A DNA stretch of 64,000 bases, taken from NCBI RefSeq assembly GCF_030013595.1, contig NZ_CP122768.1. The stretch is one strand, 5' to 3'. The stretch's first letter is position 1; each line of letters opens with the position of its first letter. The position numbers and the translations under genes are program-made. Below, one piece after another: positions 39,370 to 52,011 of the stretch. The notes beneath the pieces are model-generated. The model saw nothing but the letters and a program-made list of their open reading frames with translations. It did no database searches and had not been told where the DNA came from. The DNA comes from Escherichia coli (lineage in GTDB: Bacteria > Pseudomonadota > Gammaproteobacteria > Enterobacterales > Enterobacteriaceae).

Positions 39370-41535
39370 ATGGCCGACGAAAACAGACTCAATTCCATTC
39401 TGTGTAAGTTTGACGCAGACTGGATGGCGAGCGATGAAGCCAGAACCGAGGCGACAAATGACCTGTATTTTAGCCGAGTGTCGCAATGGGATGACTGGCT
39501 ATCAAACTACACCACCCTGCAATATCGCGGACAATTCGATGTTGTCCGCCCGGTTGTCAGGAAGTTGGTCGCAGAGATGCGCCGGAACCCTATCGACGTT
39601 CTCTTCCGACCAAAAGACGGTGCTAATCCTGATGCTGCCGATGTGCTGATGGGGATGTATCGTACTGATATGCGCCATAACACGGCAAAAATTGCCGTTA
39701 ATGTTGGCGTTCGTGAGCAGATAGAGTCAGGCGTTGGTGCATGGCGTCTGGTCACGCAGTACGAAGACAACGACCCAACAAGCAACAATCAGGTAATCCG
39801 ACGCCTGCCAATCCATGAAGCCTGCTCACACGTCATATGGGACGCCAACAGCAAGCAGATGGATAAGAGCGACGCTAAGCACTGCACGGTGATTAACGCC
39901 TTGTCACGCAATGGCTGGAAAGAGTTCGCAGAGGATTACGGTATTGATCCTGACACCTTGCCATCTTTCCAGAATCCGAACGATACATGGCTGTTTCCGT
40001 GGGTATCGAATGATGTCGTCTACGTCGCTGAGTATTACGAGGTCGAAGAGAAGAAGGAGAAGGTCTTCATCTACCGCGACCCGCTGACAGGTGAGCCGGT
40101 CAGCTATTACCAGCAGGATATCAAAGACGTCATCGACGACCTGGCTAATCGTGGATTCATTAAGGTAGCAGAGCGCAAGGTGAAGCGTCGGCGTGTGTAT
40201 AAGTCGATCATCACCTGCACGCAGATACTGAAAGACCGAGAAAAGATAGCCGGAGAGCATATCCCAATCGTTCCAGTGTATGGAGAATGGTCATTCGCTG
40301 GTGACAAGGAGTGCTACGAAGGAGTGGTAAGGCTGACGAAAGACGGTCAACGCCTTCGTAACATGATCATGTCATTCAACGCCGATATTGTTGCTCGTTC
40401 ACCGAAGAAGAAACCGACCTTCTTCCCTGAGCAAATCGAAGGCTACGAATACATGTACGGTGGAAATGATGACTATCCGTACTATCTGCAGAACAGGACC
40501 GATGAAAACGGTAACGACCTGCCGATTGGTCCAATCTCCTACATGGAAAACCCTGAAGTGCCGCAAGCCAACGCTTATATGCTTGAGGCTGCCACCAACG
40601 CAGTGAAAGAGGTGGCTAGTCTTGGTGTGGATGCGCAGGCAGCAAACTCTCAGGTCGCTTTCGATACCGTCAATCAACTGAACATGCGGGCAGACCTTGA
40701 GACATACGTGTTTCAGGATAACCTGGCTACCGCAATGCGACGTGATGGCGAGATTTATGCCTCAATGGTCAACGATATTTATGACGTTCCTCGTCATGTA
40801 ACGCTGACACTTGAAGATGGAAGCGAGAAAGACGTTCAACTCTATGCGCAAGTTGTCGATTACCAGTCCGGCAATGTGGTCACACTCAACGACATTCGTG
40901 GTCGCTATGAGTGCTATACAGACGTTGGACCATCCTTCCAGAGTATGAAGGAACAGAACCGCGCAGAGATTCAGGAGTTACTCACCAAGGTTCCGCAAGG
41001 TACTCCAGAGTTCCAGATGCTGATGCTGCAATACTTCACGCTCCTTGACGGTAAAGGCGTCGAGATGATGCGAGAGTACGCGAACAAGCAACTGGTGATG
41101 ATGGGGCTGAAGAAACCAGAAACACCTGAAGAGATGGAGATGGTACAACAGGCACAACAACAGCCGCAGCAGCCATCAGCAGAGCAAATTCAGGCGCAGG
41201 GTATCCTTCTGCAAGGTCAGGCTGAATTGCTCAAGGCAGAGAACCAACAGGCACAGATTCAGGTTGAAGCCGCCAAGGTTGAAGCCCAAAACCAACTCAA
41301 CGCCGCGAAGATTGCAGAAATCTTCAACAATATGGACCTCGACAAGCAGGCAGAACTGCGTGAGTACCTCAAGCTAGTAGGTCAATTCCAGCAACAGCGC
41401 AGCAAAGATGCTCGTGCTAACGCTGAGCTGCTTCTTAAAGATGCAGACCAGAATCATTCACAACGCATGGATTTCGCGAATCTTATGCGTCAAGTTCAAA
41501 TCCCCTCCGGCGGAGTAGCCGAGACACCTCAATAA
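39370..41535 (+). CDS. Portal protein (P22 gp1-like)
   Basis: 721-aa ORF with Gln-rich C-terminal coiled-coil barrel region typical of P22-like portals. Confidence 0.85.
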   Translation: MADENRLNSILCKFDADWMASDEARTEATNDLYFSRVSQWDDWLSNYTTLQYRGQFDVVRPVVRKLVAEMRRNPIDVLFRPKDGANPDAADVLMGMYRTDMRHNTAKIAVNVGVREQIESGVGAWRLVTQYEDNDPTSNNQVIRRLPIHEACSHVIWDANSKQMDKSDAKHCTVINALSRNGWKEFAEDYGIDPDTLPSFQNPNDTWLFPWVSNDVVYVAEYYEVEEKKEKVFIYRDPLTGEPVSYYQQDIKDVIDDLANRGFIKVAERKVKRRRVYKSIITCTQILKDREKIAGEHIPIVPVYGEWSFAGDKECYEGVVRLTKDGQRLRNMIMSFNADIVARSPKKKPTFFPEQIEGYEYMYGGNDDYPYYLQNRTDENGNDLPIGPISYMENPEVPQANAYMLEAATNAVKEVASLGVDAQAANSQVAFDTVNQLNMRADLETYVFQDNLATAMRRDGEIYASMVNDIYDVPRHVTLTLEDGSEKDVQLYAQVVDYQSGNVVTLNDIRGRYECYTDVGPSFQSMKEQNRAEIQELLTKVPQGTPEFQMLMLQYFTLLDGKGVEMMREYANKQLVMMGLKKPETPEEMEMVQQAQQQPQQPSAEQIQAQGILLQGQAELLKAENQQAQIQVEAAKVEAQNQLNAAKIAEIFNNMDLDKQAELREYLKLVGQFQQQRSKDARANAELLLKDADQNHSQRMDFANLMRQVQIPSGGVAETPQ

Positions 41536-41548
41536 GAGAGAGTTAATC

Positions 41549-42460
41549 ATGGACCAAACCACCGACATTCAGGCTTCTGAAGAATTAACCCTGCCCGGCA
41601 ATCATGCAGCGGCATCTGCTGATGGCTTAGTTGTCGATAATGCCAACGACAACGCAGGTCAGGAAGAAGGCTTTGAGATTGTCCTGAAAGACGATGAGAA
41701 ACCAAAACAAGACCCGGCAACTAATGCTGAATTTGCCCGTCGCCGCATCGAACGCAAACGCCAGCGTGAGCTTGAGCAGCAGATGGAAGCGGTTAAGCGT
41801 GGAGAGTTGCCGGAGCACCTGCGGGTGAACCCTGAGTTACCAAAACAACCAGACCCTAACGATTATCTTTCCGAAGATGCACTGGCTAAGTACGACTATG
41901 ACCAGAGCCGCGCACTGGCTGCCTTCCAGCAGGCAAACAGTGAATGGCAGATCAAGGCTATGGACGCACGAAGCCAGGCTGTCGCCGAGCAGGGCCGCAA
42001 AACTCAGGAGTTCACCCAGCAATCAGCGCAATACGTCGAGGCCGCCCGTAAGCACTACGATGCAGCGGAAAAGCTTAATATCCCTGACTATCAGGAGAAA
42101 GAGGATGCATTCATGCAACTGGTGCCGCCAGCAGTCGGTGCCGACATCATGCGCCTCTTCCCGGAGAAATCCGCCGCTCTCATGTATCACCTTGGTGCTA
42201 ATCCTGAGAAAACACGCCAGTTGCTGGCGATGGACGGGCAATCCGCGCTGATTGAACTCACTCGACTGTCAGAACGTTTAACTCTCAAGCCTCGAGCAAA
42301 GCCTGTTTCAGAAGCCCCGTTACCTGATGAACCCATTCAGGGACACGCTGTTGCTGCAAATATCTCTGCGATTGAAAAGCAGATGGAAGCGGCAGCAAAC
42401 AAAGGGGATGTAGAGACGTACCGCAAGCTCAAGGCGCAACTGAATAAAGGAATTCGATAA
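41549..42460 (+). CDS. Scaffolding protein (P22 gp8-like)
   Basis: 303-aa acidic alpha-helical protein between portal and coat. Confidence 0.75.
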   Translation: MDQTTDIQASEELTLPGNHAAASADGLVVDNANDNAGQEEGFEIVLKDDEKPKQDPATNAEFARRRIERKRQRELEQQMEAVKRGELPEHLRVNPELPKQPDPNDYLSEDALAKYDYDQSRALAAFQQANSEWQIKAMDARSQAVAEQGRKTQEFTQQSAQYVEAARKHYDAAEKLNIPDYQEKEDAFMQLVPPAVGADIMRLFPEKSAALMYHLGANPEKTRQLLAMDGQSALIELTRLSERLTLKPRAKPVSEAPLPDEPIQGHAVAANISAIEKQMEAAANKGDVETYRKLKAQLNKGIR

Positions 42461-43755
42461 TGGCATTAAATGAAGGTCAACTGGTCACGTATGCTCTGGA
42501 TGAAATCATCGAAACCGTCCAGAACCTGACGCCAATGGCGTCCAAAGTGACAAAATACACCCCTCCGGCAGAATCCATGCAGCGTTCAAGCAACACCGTG
42601 TGGATGCCTGTTGAGCAGGAAGCGCCAACCCAGACTGGCTGGGATTTAACTGGCAACGCAACCGGGATTCTGGAACTCTCCGTGAAATGCAACATGGGCG
42701 ATCCGGATAACGATTTCTTCGAGCTTCGTGCAGATGACCTGCGTGATGAGCGTTCTTACCGTCGCCGCATCCAGGCATCCGCCAAAAAACTGGCGAATAA
42801 CATTGAGTCAGCGATTGCCAAACAGGCAACTGAAATGGGCTCGCTTGTTGTTCACGATACCCGCGCAATTGGTCCATCTACTGGCCTTTCTGGCTGGGAT
42901 TTTGTGTCTGATGCAGAGCGCCTGATGTTCTCCCGTGAGCTAAACCGCGATATGGGCATCAGTTACTTCCTGAACCCTGACGATTACCGCAAAGCAGGCC
43001 GCAACCTGGTAGATGGTGACATCTTCGGGCGCGTTACTGAAGACGCGTATCACAACGGTACTATTCAGCGTCAGATTGCTGGCTTTGATGAAATTCTTCG
43101 CTCACCGAAACTTCCCGCAGTTACCAAGTCAACCGCTACTGGTGTAACTGTTTCTGGTGCGCAGAAGTTTAAGCCGCAGGCATACACCCTTGATACCGAT
43201 GGTAACAAAGAGAACGTCGATAACCGTGTTGCAACGGTGACCGTATCCTCCACCACCGGATTTAAGCGCGGCGACAAAATCAGCTTCACTGGTGTGAAAT
43301 TCCTGTCTCAGATGGCGAAGAACGTGCTGACTGATGATGCGACTTTCTCAATCACCCGTGTGATCGATGGTACTCACATCGAAATCACGCCGAAGCCGAT
43401 TGCGCTGGATGACGCGTCACTGACAAAAGAAGAGAAGGCTTACGCTAACGTAAACACCTCTCTTGCTGATACCACTCCGGTAAACGTTCTGAACGTGGCA
43501 ACAACCACCGCTAACGTGTTCTGGGCTGATGACTCAATCCGTCTGCTGTCTCAGCCGATCCCGGTAACCCATGAACTGTTTGCTGGCATGAAAACGTCTT
43601 CCTTCAGCATTCCTGGTATTGGTGTTAACGGCATCTTCGCAACGCAGGGGGATATCAACACTCTGTCTGGCAAGTGCCGTATTGCTGTGTGGTATTCAGC
43701 ATGTGCTGTACGACCAGAGGCAATTGGTGTTGGTCTGCCTAACCAGACCGCGTGA
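42460..43755 (+). CDS. Major coat protein (P22 gp5-like, HK97 fold)
   Basis: 431-aa [36 protein letters not shown]...; followed by a strong terminator. Confidence 0.85.
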   Translation: MALNEGQLVTYALDEIIETVQNLTPMASKVTKYTPPAESMQRSSNTVWMPVEQEAPTQTGWDLTGNATGILELSVKCNMGDPDNDFFELRADDLRDERSYRRRIQASAKKLANNIESAIAKQATEMGSLVVHDTRAIGPSTGLSGWDFVSDAERLMFSRELNRDMGISYFLNPDDYRKAGRNLVDGDIFGRVTEDAYHNGTIQRQIAGFDEILRSPKLPAVTKSTATGVTVSGAQKFKPQAYTLDTDGNKENVDNRVATVTVSSTTGFKRGDKISFTGVKFLSQMAKNVLTDDATFSITRVIDGTHIEITPKPIALDDASLTKEEKAYANVNTSLADTTPVNVLNVATTTANVFWADDSIRLLSQPIPVTHELFAGMKTSSFSIPGIGVNGIFATQGDINTLSGKCRIAVWYSACAVRPEAIGVGLPNQTA

Positions 43756-43761
43756 TAACCA

Positions 43762-43790
43762 GAGGGAGCTTCGGCTCCCTTTTTTATCTG
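43762..43790 (+). terminator. Rho-independent terminator after the coat gene
   Basis: gggagc-ttcg-gctccc hairpin followed by TTTTTTAT. Confidence 0.7.
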
Positions 43791-43799
43791 GAGACAAGC

Positions 43800-44054
43800 A
43801 TGACACACATGATCTTTCGTCATGGAGACATGAAGAAGTGGAAAGGCGTTGGATACGACTTTGAAATCGTGAAAGCCGAAGAGCTTCAGGAATATCTGGA
43901 TGCTGGCTGGTTTGCACATCCCGATGACCTTCTGAAGGATGTTGCAGAGTCAGAGCCAGAGCTAGAACCAGAGTCAGAGCCAGAAGAAAAACAGCGTAAA
44001 AAGCCTGGTCGAAAACCTAAGGCGGTAGCAGATGAACCTGACAACGAAGGGTGA
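43800..44054 (+). CDS. Hypothetical acidic protein between coat and gp4
   Basis: ATG 43800 preceded by GGAGA SD; C-terminus [24 protein letters not shown]. Confidence 0.4.
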   Translation: MTHMIFRHGDMKKWKGVGYDFEIVKAEELQEYLDAGWFAHPDDLLKDVAESEPELEPESEPEEKQRKKPGRKPKAVADEPDNEG

Positions 44055-44532
44055 TTTAGTTCTTGCGGCATTACGTAAGCTCGGTGTGGCATCAAATGCC
44101 ACGTTAACCGATGTCGAACCGCAGTCTATGGAAGATGGCGTCAACGACCTTGAAATGATGATGGCTGAATGGCTTGGCGGTGATGCGTCACCTGGGATCA
44201 ACGTTGGCTACATTTTCGCTGATGCAGATGTCGCTCCAGATCCGGGCGATGAGCACGGCTTATCAAATAACGCTATAAATGCCGTCATTTTCAACCTTGC
44301 CTGCCGCATTGCTCCAGATTATGCGCTGGAAGCGCCAGCAAAACTTATAACCACTGCCAGATACGGGAAAGAGCGACTCGTCAAACCGTCTGCAATGGAC
44401 AGAGCAAAAGCCGCTAAATGTAAGTCCGGTTATCCAAACCGTATGCCTGTTGGTAGCGGTAACCAGTTGGCGAAGTGGAATGGTTGGAATTACTTCCACC
44501 GAAAGGAACCTTGCGATAACGGGAGCGAATAA
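44032..44532 (+). CDS. Head-completion / tail-adaptor protein (P22 gp4-like)
   Basis: 166 aa, first ORF after the coat module in P22-like order. Confidence 0.65.
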   Translation: MNLTTKGDLVLAALRKLGVASNATLTDVEPQSMEDGVNDLEMMMAEWLGGDASPGINVGYIFADADVAPDPGDEHGLSNNAINAVIFNLACRIAPDYALEAPAKLITTARYGKERLVKPSAMDRAKAAKCKSGYPNRMPVGSGNQLAKWNGWNYFHRKEPCDNGSE

Positions 44533-45951
44533 ATGCCGATTCAGCAACTTCCGCTTATGAAAGGTGTCGGCAAAGACTTTCGAAACGCCGACTATATCGA
44601 CTATCTGCCAGTGAATATGCTGGCTACACCCAAAGAAATCCTGAACAGCAGCGGATATCTTCGCTCATTCCCTGGCATTGCCAAACGCTCTGATGTGAAC
44701 GGTGTATCTCGCGGCGTCGAGTACAACATGGCGCAGAATGCTGTTTATCGTGTGTGTGGTGGCAAGCTGTACAAAGGAGAAAGTGAAGTCGGTGACGTCG
44801 CCGGAAGTGGTCGCGTATCAATGGCGCATGGTCGTACATCTCAGGCGATAGGTGTTAATGGTCAACTGGTCGAGTATCGCTATGATGGCACGATTAAAAC
44901 CGTCTCAAACTGGCCTACAGATAGTGGATTCACTCAGTATGAGCTAGGTTCGGTTCGTGACATTACGCGCTTACGTGGGCGTTATGCGTGGTCAAAAGAC
45001 GGCACTGATTCATGGTTTATCACTGATCTTGAAGACGAATCGCATCCTGACCGCTACAGCGCACAATATCGTGCCGAGTCTCAGCCGGACGGCATCATCG
45101 GCATCGGCACATGGAGAGACTTCATCGTCTGCTTTGGTTCATCGACGATTGAATATTTCTCCCTGACTGGTGCAACCACCGTTGGTGCTGCTTTGTATGT
45201 CGCACAGCCATCACTGATGGTGCAGAAAGGCATTGCCGGGACTTACTGCAAAACGCCGTTTGCTGACTCGTATGCGTTCATCAGCAATCCGGCAACAGGT
45301 GCGCCGTCTGTATACATCATCGGCTCCGGTCAGGTATCACCAATCGCCAGCGCGAGCATTGAGAAAATACTACGCTCCTACACTGCTGATGAACTGGCTG
45401 AAGGCGTGATGGAATCGCTGCGGTTTGATGCGCATGAGTTGCTGATTATCCATCTTCCGCGCCATGTTCTCGTATACGACGCATCTTCAAGCGCCAATGG
45501 TCCGCAATGGTGTGTATTGAAAACAGGCCTGTATGACGATGTGTACCGCGCTATCGACTTCATTTACGAAGGCAATCAGATAACGTGCGGCGATAAGCTG
45601 GAATCGGTGATCGGGAAATTGCAGTTCGATATCAGCAGCCAGTACGACAAGCAACAGGAACACCTGCTGTTTACTCCGTTGTTCAAAGCGGATAACGCCA
45701 GATGCTTTGATCTGGAGGTGGAATCATCGACTGGTGTTGCGCAGTATGCTGACCGCCTGTTCCTCTCTGCAACCACTGACGGCATCAATTACGGTCGTGA
45801 GCAGATGATTGAGCAGAATGAACCGTTCGTTTACGACAAACGCGTTTTGTGGAAGCGAGTTGGGCGCATCAGGAAAAATGTCGGCTTCAAATTGCGCGTT
45901 ATCACTAAGTCACCTGTCACTCTGTCAGGCTGCCAGATAAGGATTGAGTAA
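44533..45951 (+). CDS. Tail hub protein (P22 gp10-like)
   Basis: 472 aa; position between gp4-like and the needle. Confidence 0.65.
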   Translation: MPIQQLPLMKGVGKDFRNADYIDYLPVNMLATPKEILNSSGYLRSFPGIAKRSDVNGVSRGVEYNMAQNAVYRVCGGKLYKGESEVGDVAGSGRVSMAHGRTSQAIGVNGQLVEYRYDGTIKTVSNWPTDSGFTQYELGSVRDITRLRGRYAWSKDGTDSWFITDLEDESHPDRYSAQYRAESQPDGIIGIGTWRDFIVCFGSSTIEYFSLTGATTVGAALYVAQPSLMVQKGIAGTYCKTPFADSYAFISNPATGAPSVYIIGSGQVSPIASASIEKILRSYTADELAEGVMESLRFDAHELLIIHLPRHVLVYDASSSANGPQWCVLKTGLYDDVYRAIDFIYEGNQITCGDKLESVIGKLQFDISSQYDKQQEHLLFTPLFKADNARCFDLEVESSTGVAQYADRLFLSATTDGINYGREQMIEQNEPFVYDKRVLWKRVGRIRKNVGFKLRVITKSPVTLSGCQIRIE

Positions 45952-46799
45952 TGGCTGATTCGAATCTCAATGTGCCGGTAATCATTCAGGCTACACGGCT
46001 CGACACATCAGTCCTTCCACGCAATATCTTCTCGCAGTCGTATCTGCTTTACGTTATCGCACAGGGTACTGATGTTGGTAACGTGGCGAACAAAGCCAAC
46101 GAGGCCGGACAGGGTGCTTATGACGCACAAGTCAGGAACGATGAGCAGGATGTGATTCTCGCTGACCATGAGCAGCGAATTTCTGCTGCGGAAGCAACGC
46201 TTGTTAATCATGAGGAGCGAATCAGCCAGGCAGAATCAACTCTTCAGGAACATGAAACGCGAATCGCTCAGAATGAAAGCGATATTGCGTCGCTTGATAC
46301 CAGAGTTCAGTCGCTGGAGTCGCAGGTTTCAGACCATGAATCGCGCATCGATTCTCTGGAGTATGCCACTACTCGCAAAAAGTCAGAGGTTGTTTACTCT
46401 GGCGTATCTGTAACCATTCCGACAGCGCCGACCAACCTTGTTAGCCTGCTGAAAACGCTCACGCCGTCATCAGGCTCGTTGGCACCATTCTTCGACACCG
46501 TTAACAACAAGATGATTGTGTTCAACGAGAACAAAACCTTGTTCTTCAAGCTGTCGATCGTCGGGACGTGGCCCAGCGGAACAGCCAACAGGTCAATGCA
46601 GCTAACCTTTTCCGGCTCTGTTCCTGACACACTGGTAAGCAGTCGCAACTCGGCTACAACAACCGATAACATCCTGTTAGCTACGTTCTTCAGCGTGGAT
46701 AAAGACGGCTTTCTTGCCACAAATGGCAGCACGTTAACCATCCAGTCAAATGGTGCGGCGTTTACTGCCACAACTATCAAAATCATTGCGGAGCAGTGA
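45951..46799 (+). CDS. Tail needle protein (P22 gp26-like) with extended C-terminal knob
   Basis: N-terminus [43 protein letters not shown] resembles P22 gp26; heptad-repeat coiled coil; longer C-terminus. Confidence 0.75.
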   Translation: MADSNLNVPVIIQATRLDTSVLPRNIFSQSYLLYVIAQGTDVGNVANKANEAGQGAYDAQVRNDEQDVILADHEQRISAAEATLVNHEERISQAESTLQEHETRIAQNESDIASLDTRVQSLESQVSDHESRIDSLEYATTRKKSEVVYSGVSVTIPTAPTNLVSLLKTLTPSSGSLAPFFDTVNNKMIVFNENKTLFFKLSIVGTWPSGTANRSMQLTFSGSVPDTLVSSRNSATTTDNILLATFFSVDKDGFLATNGSTLTIQSNGAAFTATTIKIIAEQ

Positions 46800-47266
46800 T
46801 GGAAATAAAGCTCATCGATAATCCGGTGAAGCTTGCAGAATTCCTCAACAACCCGGCAAACACGGGAAATATCGTAGATAGTGGAGATAAATACTACATC
46901 AAGCCTGATGCGGTATACCTCGGCATCTACGAAGGATTAGTGCTGGCTGGCGTTCATGAAGTGCGTAACTTCTGGCATAGCGTTGTTGAATGCCATGCGG
47001 TGTACGACCCCGGATTCCGTGGTGAATATGCACTGCAAGGGCATCGATTATTCTGCAAGTGGCTTCTCGAAAACTCACCATTCCTTAACAGCATTACCAT
47101 GGTTCCTGACACCACGAAATACGGACGGGCAATTATCCGTTTGCTTGGCGCTACCCGTGTTGGTCACCTTGATGATGCGTACATGAGTAACGGAAAACCG
47201 GTTGGAATCACCCTCTATCAATTACCTCGTTCAAAATATGAGGAGCTATTAAATGTTAGTACTTAG
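46796..47266 (+). CDS. Head assembly protein (P22 gp14-like)
   Basis: 156 aa, positional. Confidence 0.5.
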   Translation: MMEIKLIDNPVKLAEFLNNPANTGNIVDSGDKYYIKPDAVYLGIYEGLVLAGVHEVRNFWHSVVECHAVYDPGFRGEYALQGHRLFCKWLLENSPFLNSITMVPDTTKYGRAIIRLLGATRVGHLDDAYMSNGKPVGITLYQLPRSKYEELLNVST

Positions 47267-47933
47267 CGAAAGCTTCAAGAATAAATTGCTTCCCATGAAT
47301 GGGTATATGAAAGGCGGCAGCGACTCCGGATCTAAAGCCCAGGCACGCGCAACTGAAAAGGGCATCGAACTGCAGCGTGAAATGTGGCAAACGAACATGC
47401 AGAACCTTGCACCGTTCACGCCACTCGCTAAGCAGTACGTATCACAGTTGCAGAATCTTTCCTCTCTTCAGGGGCAAGGTCAGGCGCTTAACCAGTATTA
47501 CAACTCTCAGCAGTATAAAGACCTTGCAGGGCAGGCACGCTATCAGAGTCTGGCAGCAGCAGAGGCAACGGGTGGATTAGGCTCTACAGCAACAGGAAAC
47601 CAGTTAGCAGCAATCGCACCTACACTCGGTCAAAACTGGCTGTCAGGTCAGATGAACAACTACAACAATCTGGCAAACATTGGCCTTGGTGCTCTTACAG
47701 GTCAGGCAAACGCTGGGCAGAACTACGCTAACAACGTCAGCCAATTGTATCAACAGCAGGCGGCAGCATCTGCGGCGAATGCTAACCGACCATCAGGACT
47801 GCAATCAGCCTTGGGAGGTGCCATGAGCGGTGCGGCATCAGGGGCGATGATTGGCTCTGTGGTGCCAGGAATAGGTACAGCTGTTGGCGCTATTGGTGGC
47901 GGTATTATCGGTGGTCTTGGATCATTGTTTTAA
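47253..47933 (+). CDS. Ejection protein (P22 gp7-like)
   Basis: 226 aa, Gln/Ala/Gly-rich with glycine-zipper C-terminus; positional. Confidence 0.55.
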   Translation: MLVLSESFKNKLLPMNGYMKGGSDSGSKAQARATEKGIELQREMWQTNMQNLAPFTPLAKQYVSQLQNLSSLQGQGQALNQYYNSQQYKDLAGQARYQSLAAAEATGGLGSTATGNQLAAIAPTLGQNWLSGQMNNYNNLANIGLGALTGQANAGQNYANNVSQLYQQQAAASAANANRPSGLQSALGGAMSGAASGAMIGSVVPGIGTAVGAIGGGIIGGLGSLF

Positions 47934-47942
47934 GGTGGGAAT

Positions 47943-49325
47943 ATGGCTAGTTGGCAACAAGGAATCAACTCAGGCGGCTTTCTTGCTGGTATCGGTGGGC
48001 AAAACTCAAATGCGCCAAAGGCAAGTGATGTAAGTGAGGCGTTGGCCTATATTCGCCAGAACAACGAAATGGAGCGCTCAGGTCGCAATAACATCGGCCT
48101 TCAGGCGTTGCAGGGGCTTGGTAGTGTCGCTCAAACATATCAAGCCGCAAAGCAACAGGAATTCCAAAAAGAATATGCGGCAGCCATCCAGTCAGGTGAT
48201 CGGCAGCAGGTGCGAGATCTGATGACCAAATATCCTGGTCAATTAGAGAAGATTCAGTCTGGTATGAAGTGGGCAGACGAAGACCAGCGCAATTCTATCG
48301 GCACCTTAGCGGCTGGCGCACGCCTTGCGTCATCGTCTCCAGAAGCAATGCAATCATGGCTGCAAAACAACGCCAAGGAACTGGCGCGCGTCGGTGTTGA
48401 CCCTAACAGCGTTGCTCAGATGTATCAGCAAAACCCTTCAGGATTTGGTGAGTTTGTTGATCACCTTGGAATGGCTGCTCTTGGTCCGATTGATTACTTC
48501 AATGTTCAGGACAAGATGGCTGGTCGTGAAATTGACCGAGGCAAACTGGCAGAGACAATCCGCAGCAATCAGGCTGGCGAGGCGCTAACAGCACGAGGCC
48601 AGAACATCACGATGCGCGGTCAGGACTTATCTGCTTCTACTGCGCGACGAGGTCAGGATTTGGCAATGCAGCGAGCGTCAACAAGACGAATCGCTGGGAA
48701 TGATGAGCGTACAGTTCAGTTATCAGATGGCAGAACTGTAACGGTAGGCGGGAAGCTTCACGGCGCTGGGGCTAATGCGTTCTACGAAGGCATCGACAAC
48801 GAGGGGAATATGGTTCGCGTCCCTGCTGGCTCTATTGCCGCTCCGGCTACATCGGCAGCAAGCGCGCAGAATTACGCAATGAAGAAAGATCTTGATGCAA
48901 TTTCTGGTGCATCAATTGACGATCTTGGCTTCATGACTGGCATTACAGGCTCTTCAGGTTCTCCTGCTCTTGGTGCAGATATTCGTAGCCGTGCATCTGG
49001 TGGTGATCAGAGGAAACTATACAACGCTGCACAGCGAATCCAAGGAAAGATGCAGAATCAGGGCATTGCAGCAGCCAGAGACATGGGGGCATCCGGTATC
49101 AACACCGTTGCAGAAGCAAAGATGTATTTTCAAGGTATGCCACAGGTTGATTTCTCAAGCCCTGAAGCACTGCAACAATCAATGCGCGACATTCAGCAAT
49201 ATACCGACAATTACAACCAGCAATATAACGTTAATGTTGGTAAATCTCAGCGGCAGCAATCTCAACCTGCACAGGTATCACAGCCAGCAGCCAGCAGTAA
49301 CTTTTCTTCACTATGGGGTGATTAA
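47943..49325 (+). CDS. Ejection protein (P22 gp20-like)
   Basis: 460 aa, positional. Confidence 0.55.
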   Translation: MASWQQGINSGGFLAGIGGQNSNAPKASDVSEALAYIRQNNEMERSGRNNIGLQALQGLGSVAQTYQAAKQQEFQKEYAAAIQSGDRQQVRDLMTKYPGQLEKIQSGMKWADEDQRNSIGTLAAGARLASSSPEAMQSWLQNNAKELARVGVDPNSVAQMYQQNPSGFGEFVDHLGMAALGPIDYFNVQDKMAGREIDRGKLAETIRSNQAGEALTARGQNITMRGQDLSASTARRGQDLAMQRASTRRIAGNDERTVQLSDGRTVTVGGKLHGAGANAFYEGIDNEGNMVRVPAGSIAAPATSAASAQNYAMKKDLDAISGASIDDLGFMTGITGSSGSPALGADIRSRASGGDQRKLYNAAQRIQGKMQNQGIAAARDMGASGINTVAEAKMYFQGMPQVDFSSPEALQQSMRDIQQYTDNYNQQYNVNVGKSQRQQSQPAQVSQPAASSNFSSLWGD

Positions 49326-51430
49326 TGGCTAAAGCATGGAAAGATGTTATCGCTTCTCCACAGTATCAGGCGTTAGCACCAGAACAAAAAGCGCAGGCTC
49401 AGGAGCAATACTTCAATGAAGTCGTGGCCCCGCAAGCCGGAGAAAGTGTAGAGCAGGCTAAGCAGGCTTTTTATGCTGCCTATCCACTACCATCAACGAA
49501 TGAAATAGACCGATACCAATCAGCAACTCAAAATATTCAACATACATCATCTGATAATTCTCTTGCGTCAGGGTATGCAAAGTTAGCTACTCAGCAAAGA
49601 GAGGGGCTTGAGCGTTCAGCAGAACAGGGAGCCAGTCTTGGGGCTGCGATGCGCGATGCTATAACAGGCGAAAGCCGAATGACTCCAGAGATGGAGAGAC
49701 TGCAAAATGTCGACCTTGCCCCAGAGTTAACCTCACTCAGCATGGATGCTCTAAAAGCTCGATGGTCTCAACTTTTCGGCTCTGACGCATCTCAGGAAAA
49801 GATTCTTCAGAGCATGGGAGCGAAATTAAGGCAGGATGAGAAGGGGAACACTATCGTTTCCCTGCCATCCGGTGATTATGCTCTGAACAAGCCGGGTTTA
49901 TCGCCGCAAGACGTGGCATCGTTTCTGGCTAATGCGCTGGCGTTTACACCAGCGGGCAGGGCTGGAACGGTGCTTGGTGCCATAGGAAAATCAGCAGCTA
50001 CAGATTTAGCACTACAGGGAGCCACCAGCCTTGCTGGTGGAGAAGATATTGATCCGTTACAAACGGTAATTTCTGCTGGCATTGGTGGTATTGGTAAGGG
50101 GCTGGAAAATACAGCGAGTGCGGTTTCGAGGGCTGTTCGTGGTGATATGTCGCCTGAAGCAAAGGCTGCTGTCGACTTTGCATCGGAAAGAAATCTGCCG
50201 TTAATGACCAGTGACATGCTGAAAGATAAAACCTTTATGCAGAGTCAGGCTCAGACATTAGGCGAAAGAGTTCCTTTTTTTGGAACCGGTAAGAATCGGC
50301 TGAATCAACAACAAGCACGAGAAAATTTAGTCAGAACATTTAGCGATGGTCTGGGTGGTATTTCTGATAAACAGCTTTATGAATCTGCGACTAAAGGGCA
50401 ACAAAAATTCATTGAGGCAGCAGGAAAGCGATATAACCGCATAATTGACGCTATGGGGGATACCCCTGTCGATCTCTCAAACACGGTAAAAGCTATCGAC
50501 AATCAGATTGCCGTGTTAAGCCGCCCGGGCAAATCTCAGGATAGAGCCGCGGTAAAAGTCTTGCAGCAATTTAAAGACGATATCACCAGCGGGCCAAATG
50601 ACCTGCGTCTGGCGAGGGAAAACAGAACCGATCTTCGAAAGCGATTTATGGCGTCATCTGACACTGTTGATAAAGATACGCTCCAGAAAGCCAGCGATAT
50701 TATCTACAAGGCATATACGGCGGATATGAAAAAAGCCGTAGCCAAAAATCTTGGAGCAGACGAAGCCATTAATATGGCAAGGGTTGATCGCTCATGGTCT
50801 AAATTCAATGACATGATGGGAAGAACGCGCGTTCAAAAGGCAATAGCCAGCGGCAAGGCCACGCCTGAGGATGTAACAAAACTCGTTTTTAGCCAAAGCC
50901 CATCAGAACGTTCTCAGCTTTACAGGCTTCTGGATGACAATGGTAGGCAAAACGCACGAGCAGCCATAGTTCAGAATGCTGTAGATAAGGCGACTGATCC
51001 GTCTGGAAATATCAGTGTTGAGAAGTTTATTAATGCGTTACACCGGAACAGGAAGCAATCAGCAACTTTCTTTAAAGGCGTACATGGAAAGGAACTGGAC
51101 GGCGTTATTAAATACCTCAACGATACAAGACACGCGGCAAAAGCGAACGTTCAAAACTTAAATGGTCAGCAGCTTTATGGATTGTTAGTTGGTGGTGGCA
51201 TCATAAACGCAGCAGTATTAGCGGGGATGCTAAAAACGGCTGCGTTTGTTGTTCCTGCTGCTGGTGCCGTAGGCGGAGCAGCGAAGGCATACGAAAGCCC
51301 TGTTATACGAAATGCCTTGTTACGTCTGGCAAATACGCCAAAAGGTAGCACAGCATATGACAGAGCGATCAGTACGGTCACACAATCGCTCACCAGAGTC
51401 GCACAGGCATCACAAAAAGAAGCTCAATAA
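49325..51430 (+). CDS. Ejection protein (P22 gp16-like)
   Basis: 701 aa with hydrophobic C-terminal segments; last gene of the ejection-protein block. Confidence 0.6.
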   Translation: MAKAWKDVIASPQYQALAPEQKAQAQEQYFNEVVAPQAGESVEQAKQAFYAAYPLPSTNEIDRYQSATQNIQHTSSDNSLASGYAKLATQQREGLERSAEQGASLGAAMRDAITGESRMTPEMERLQNVDLAPELTSLSMDALKARWSQLFGSDASQEKILQSMGAKLRQDEKGNTIVSLPSGDYALNKPGLSPQDVASFLANALAFTPAGRAGTVLGAIGKSAATDLALQGATSLAGGEDIDPLQTVISAGIGGIGKGLENTASAVSRAVRGDMSPEAKAAVDFASERNLPLMTSDMLKDKTFMQSQAQTLGERVPFFGTGKNRLNQQQARENLVRTFSDGLGGISDKQLYESATKGQQKFIEAAGKRYNRIIDAMGDTPVDLSNTVKAIDNQIAVLSRPGKSQDRAAVKVLQQFKDDITSGPNDLRLARENRTDLRKRFMASSDTVDKDTLQKASDIIYKAYTADMKKAVAKNLGADEAINMARVDRSWSKFNDMMGRTRVQKAIASGKATPEDVTKLVFSQSPSERSQLYRLLDDNGRQNARAAIVQNAVDKATDPSGNISVEKFINALHRNRKQSATFFKGVHGKELDGVIKYLNDTRHAAKANVQNLNGQQLYGLLVGGGIINAAVLAGMLKTAAFVVPAAGAVGGAAKAYESPVIRNALLRLANTPKGSTAYDRAISTVTQSLTRVAQASQKEAQ

Positions 51431-51448
51431 CTGGTTAGCCATGGATGG

Positions 51449-51637
51449 TTATTTCCTTAGCACATGAAACAATGTTTGCTTTAATTCCACCCATACAATT
51501 ATGACCACTATAGACAGACAAAAGAAACTGAATGCATTGGCATCACGATCGAAACCTTCTCCGGCACTAAATCCGTAAAAGGTCATAAAAAATATAAAAA
51601 TTGCGCACTTTGCAACGTTTACAAATTTTTTCTTCAC
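51449..51637 (-). CDS. Small hydrophobic membrane protein (62 aa, two predicted TM helices), antisense to the tail operon
   Basis: GTG start 5 nt after a perfect AAGGAGG SD on the minus strand; strongly hydrophobic translation. Confidence 0.5.
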   Translation of the reverse strand: MKKKFVNVAKCAIFIFFMTFYGFSAGEGFDRDANAFSFFCLSIVVIIVWVELKQTLFHVLRK

Positions 51638-52011
51638 ACCAACCTCCTTAGTTTTGCTCAGGATACCAGATGATACTTTATTGGTGGAGTGGTGTGTGAA
51701 AACGTGTCAACGACAAACCATCCACAACTTGGACGAATGATTTAGCAAAAAGTGCTATTTTTGGTGTTTAGTGTCATAGAAAAGTGAATAGCTCACTTTT
51801 CAACATTGCATGAAACTTGCAGGAAATGTGACATTACCTTATAGGTAATTTCGGCGAAAATGCAGTAAATGTGAAACGTAATGGTTTAAACATGTCGCTA
51901 AAGTGGTTGTAAGTTAGCCTCCGAAGGATTGCTGATAGCTTTGTTATAGTATTAAATGACATTTGACATAGTTGGATACTTAGCTGTGGCTATCAAGATG
52001 GAGGTGTGTTC

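Noticed and set aside
39410-41160. Multiple 60-120 aa ORFs on both strands within the portal gene
   Set aside because: All embedded in the 721-aa portal reading frame.
49876-50217. 113-aa antisense ORF inside the gp16-like gene
   Set aside because: Embedded antisense frame, Ala/Ser-rich low-complexity; no signals.
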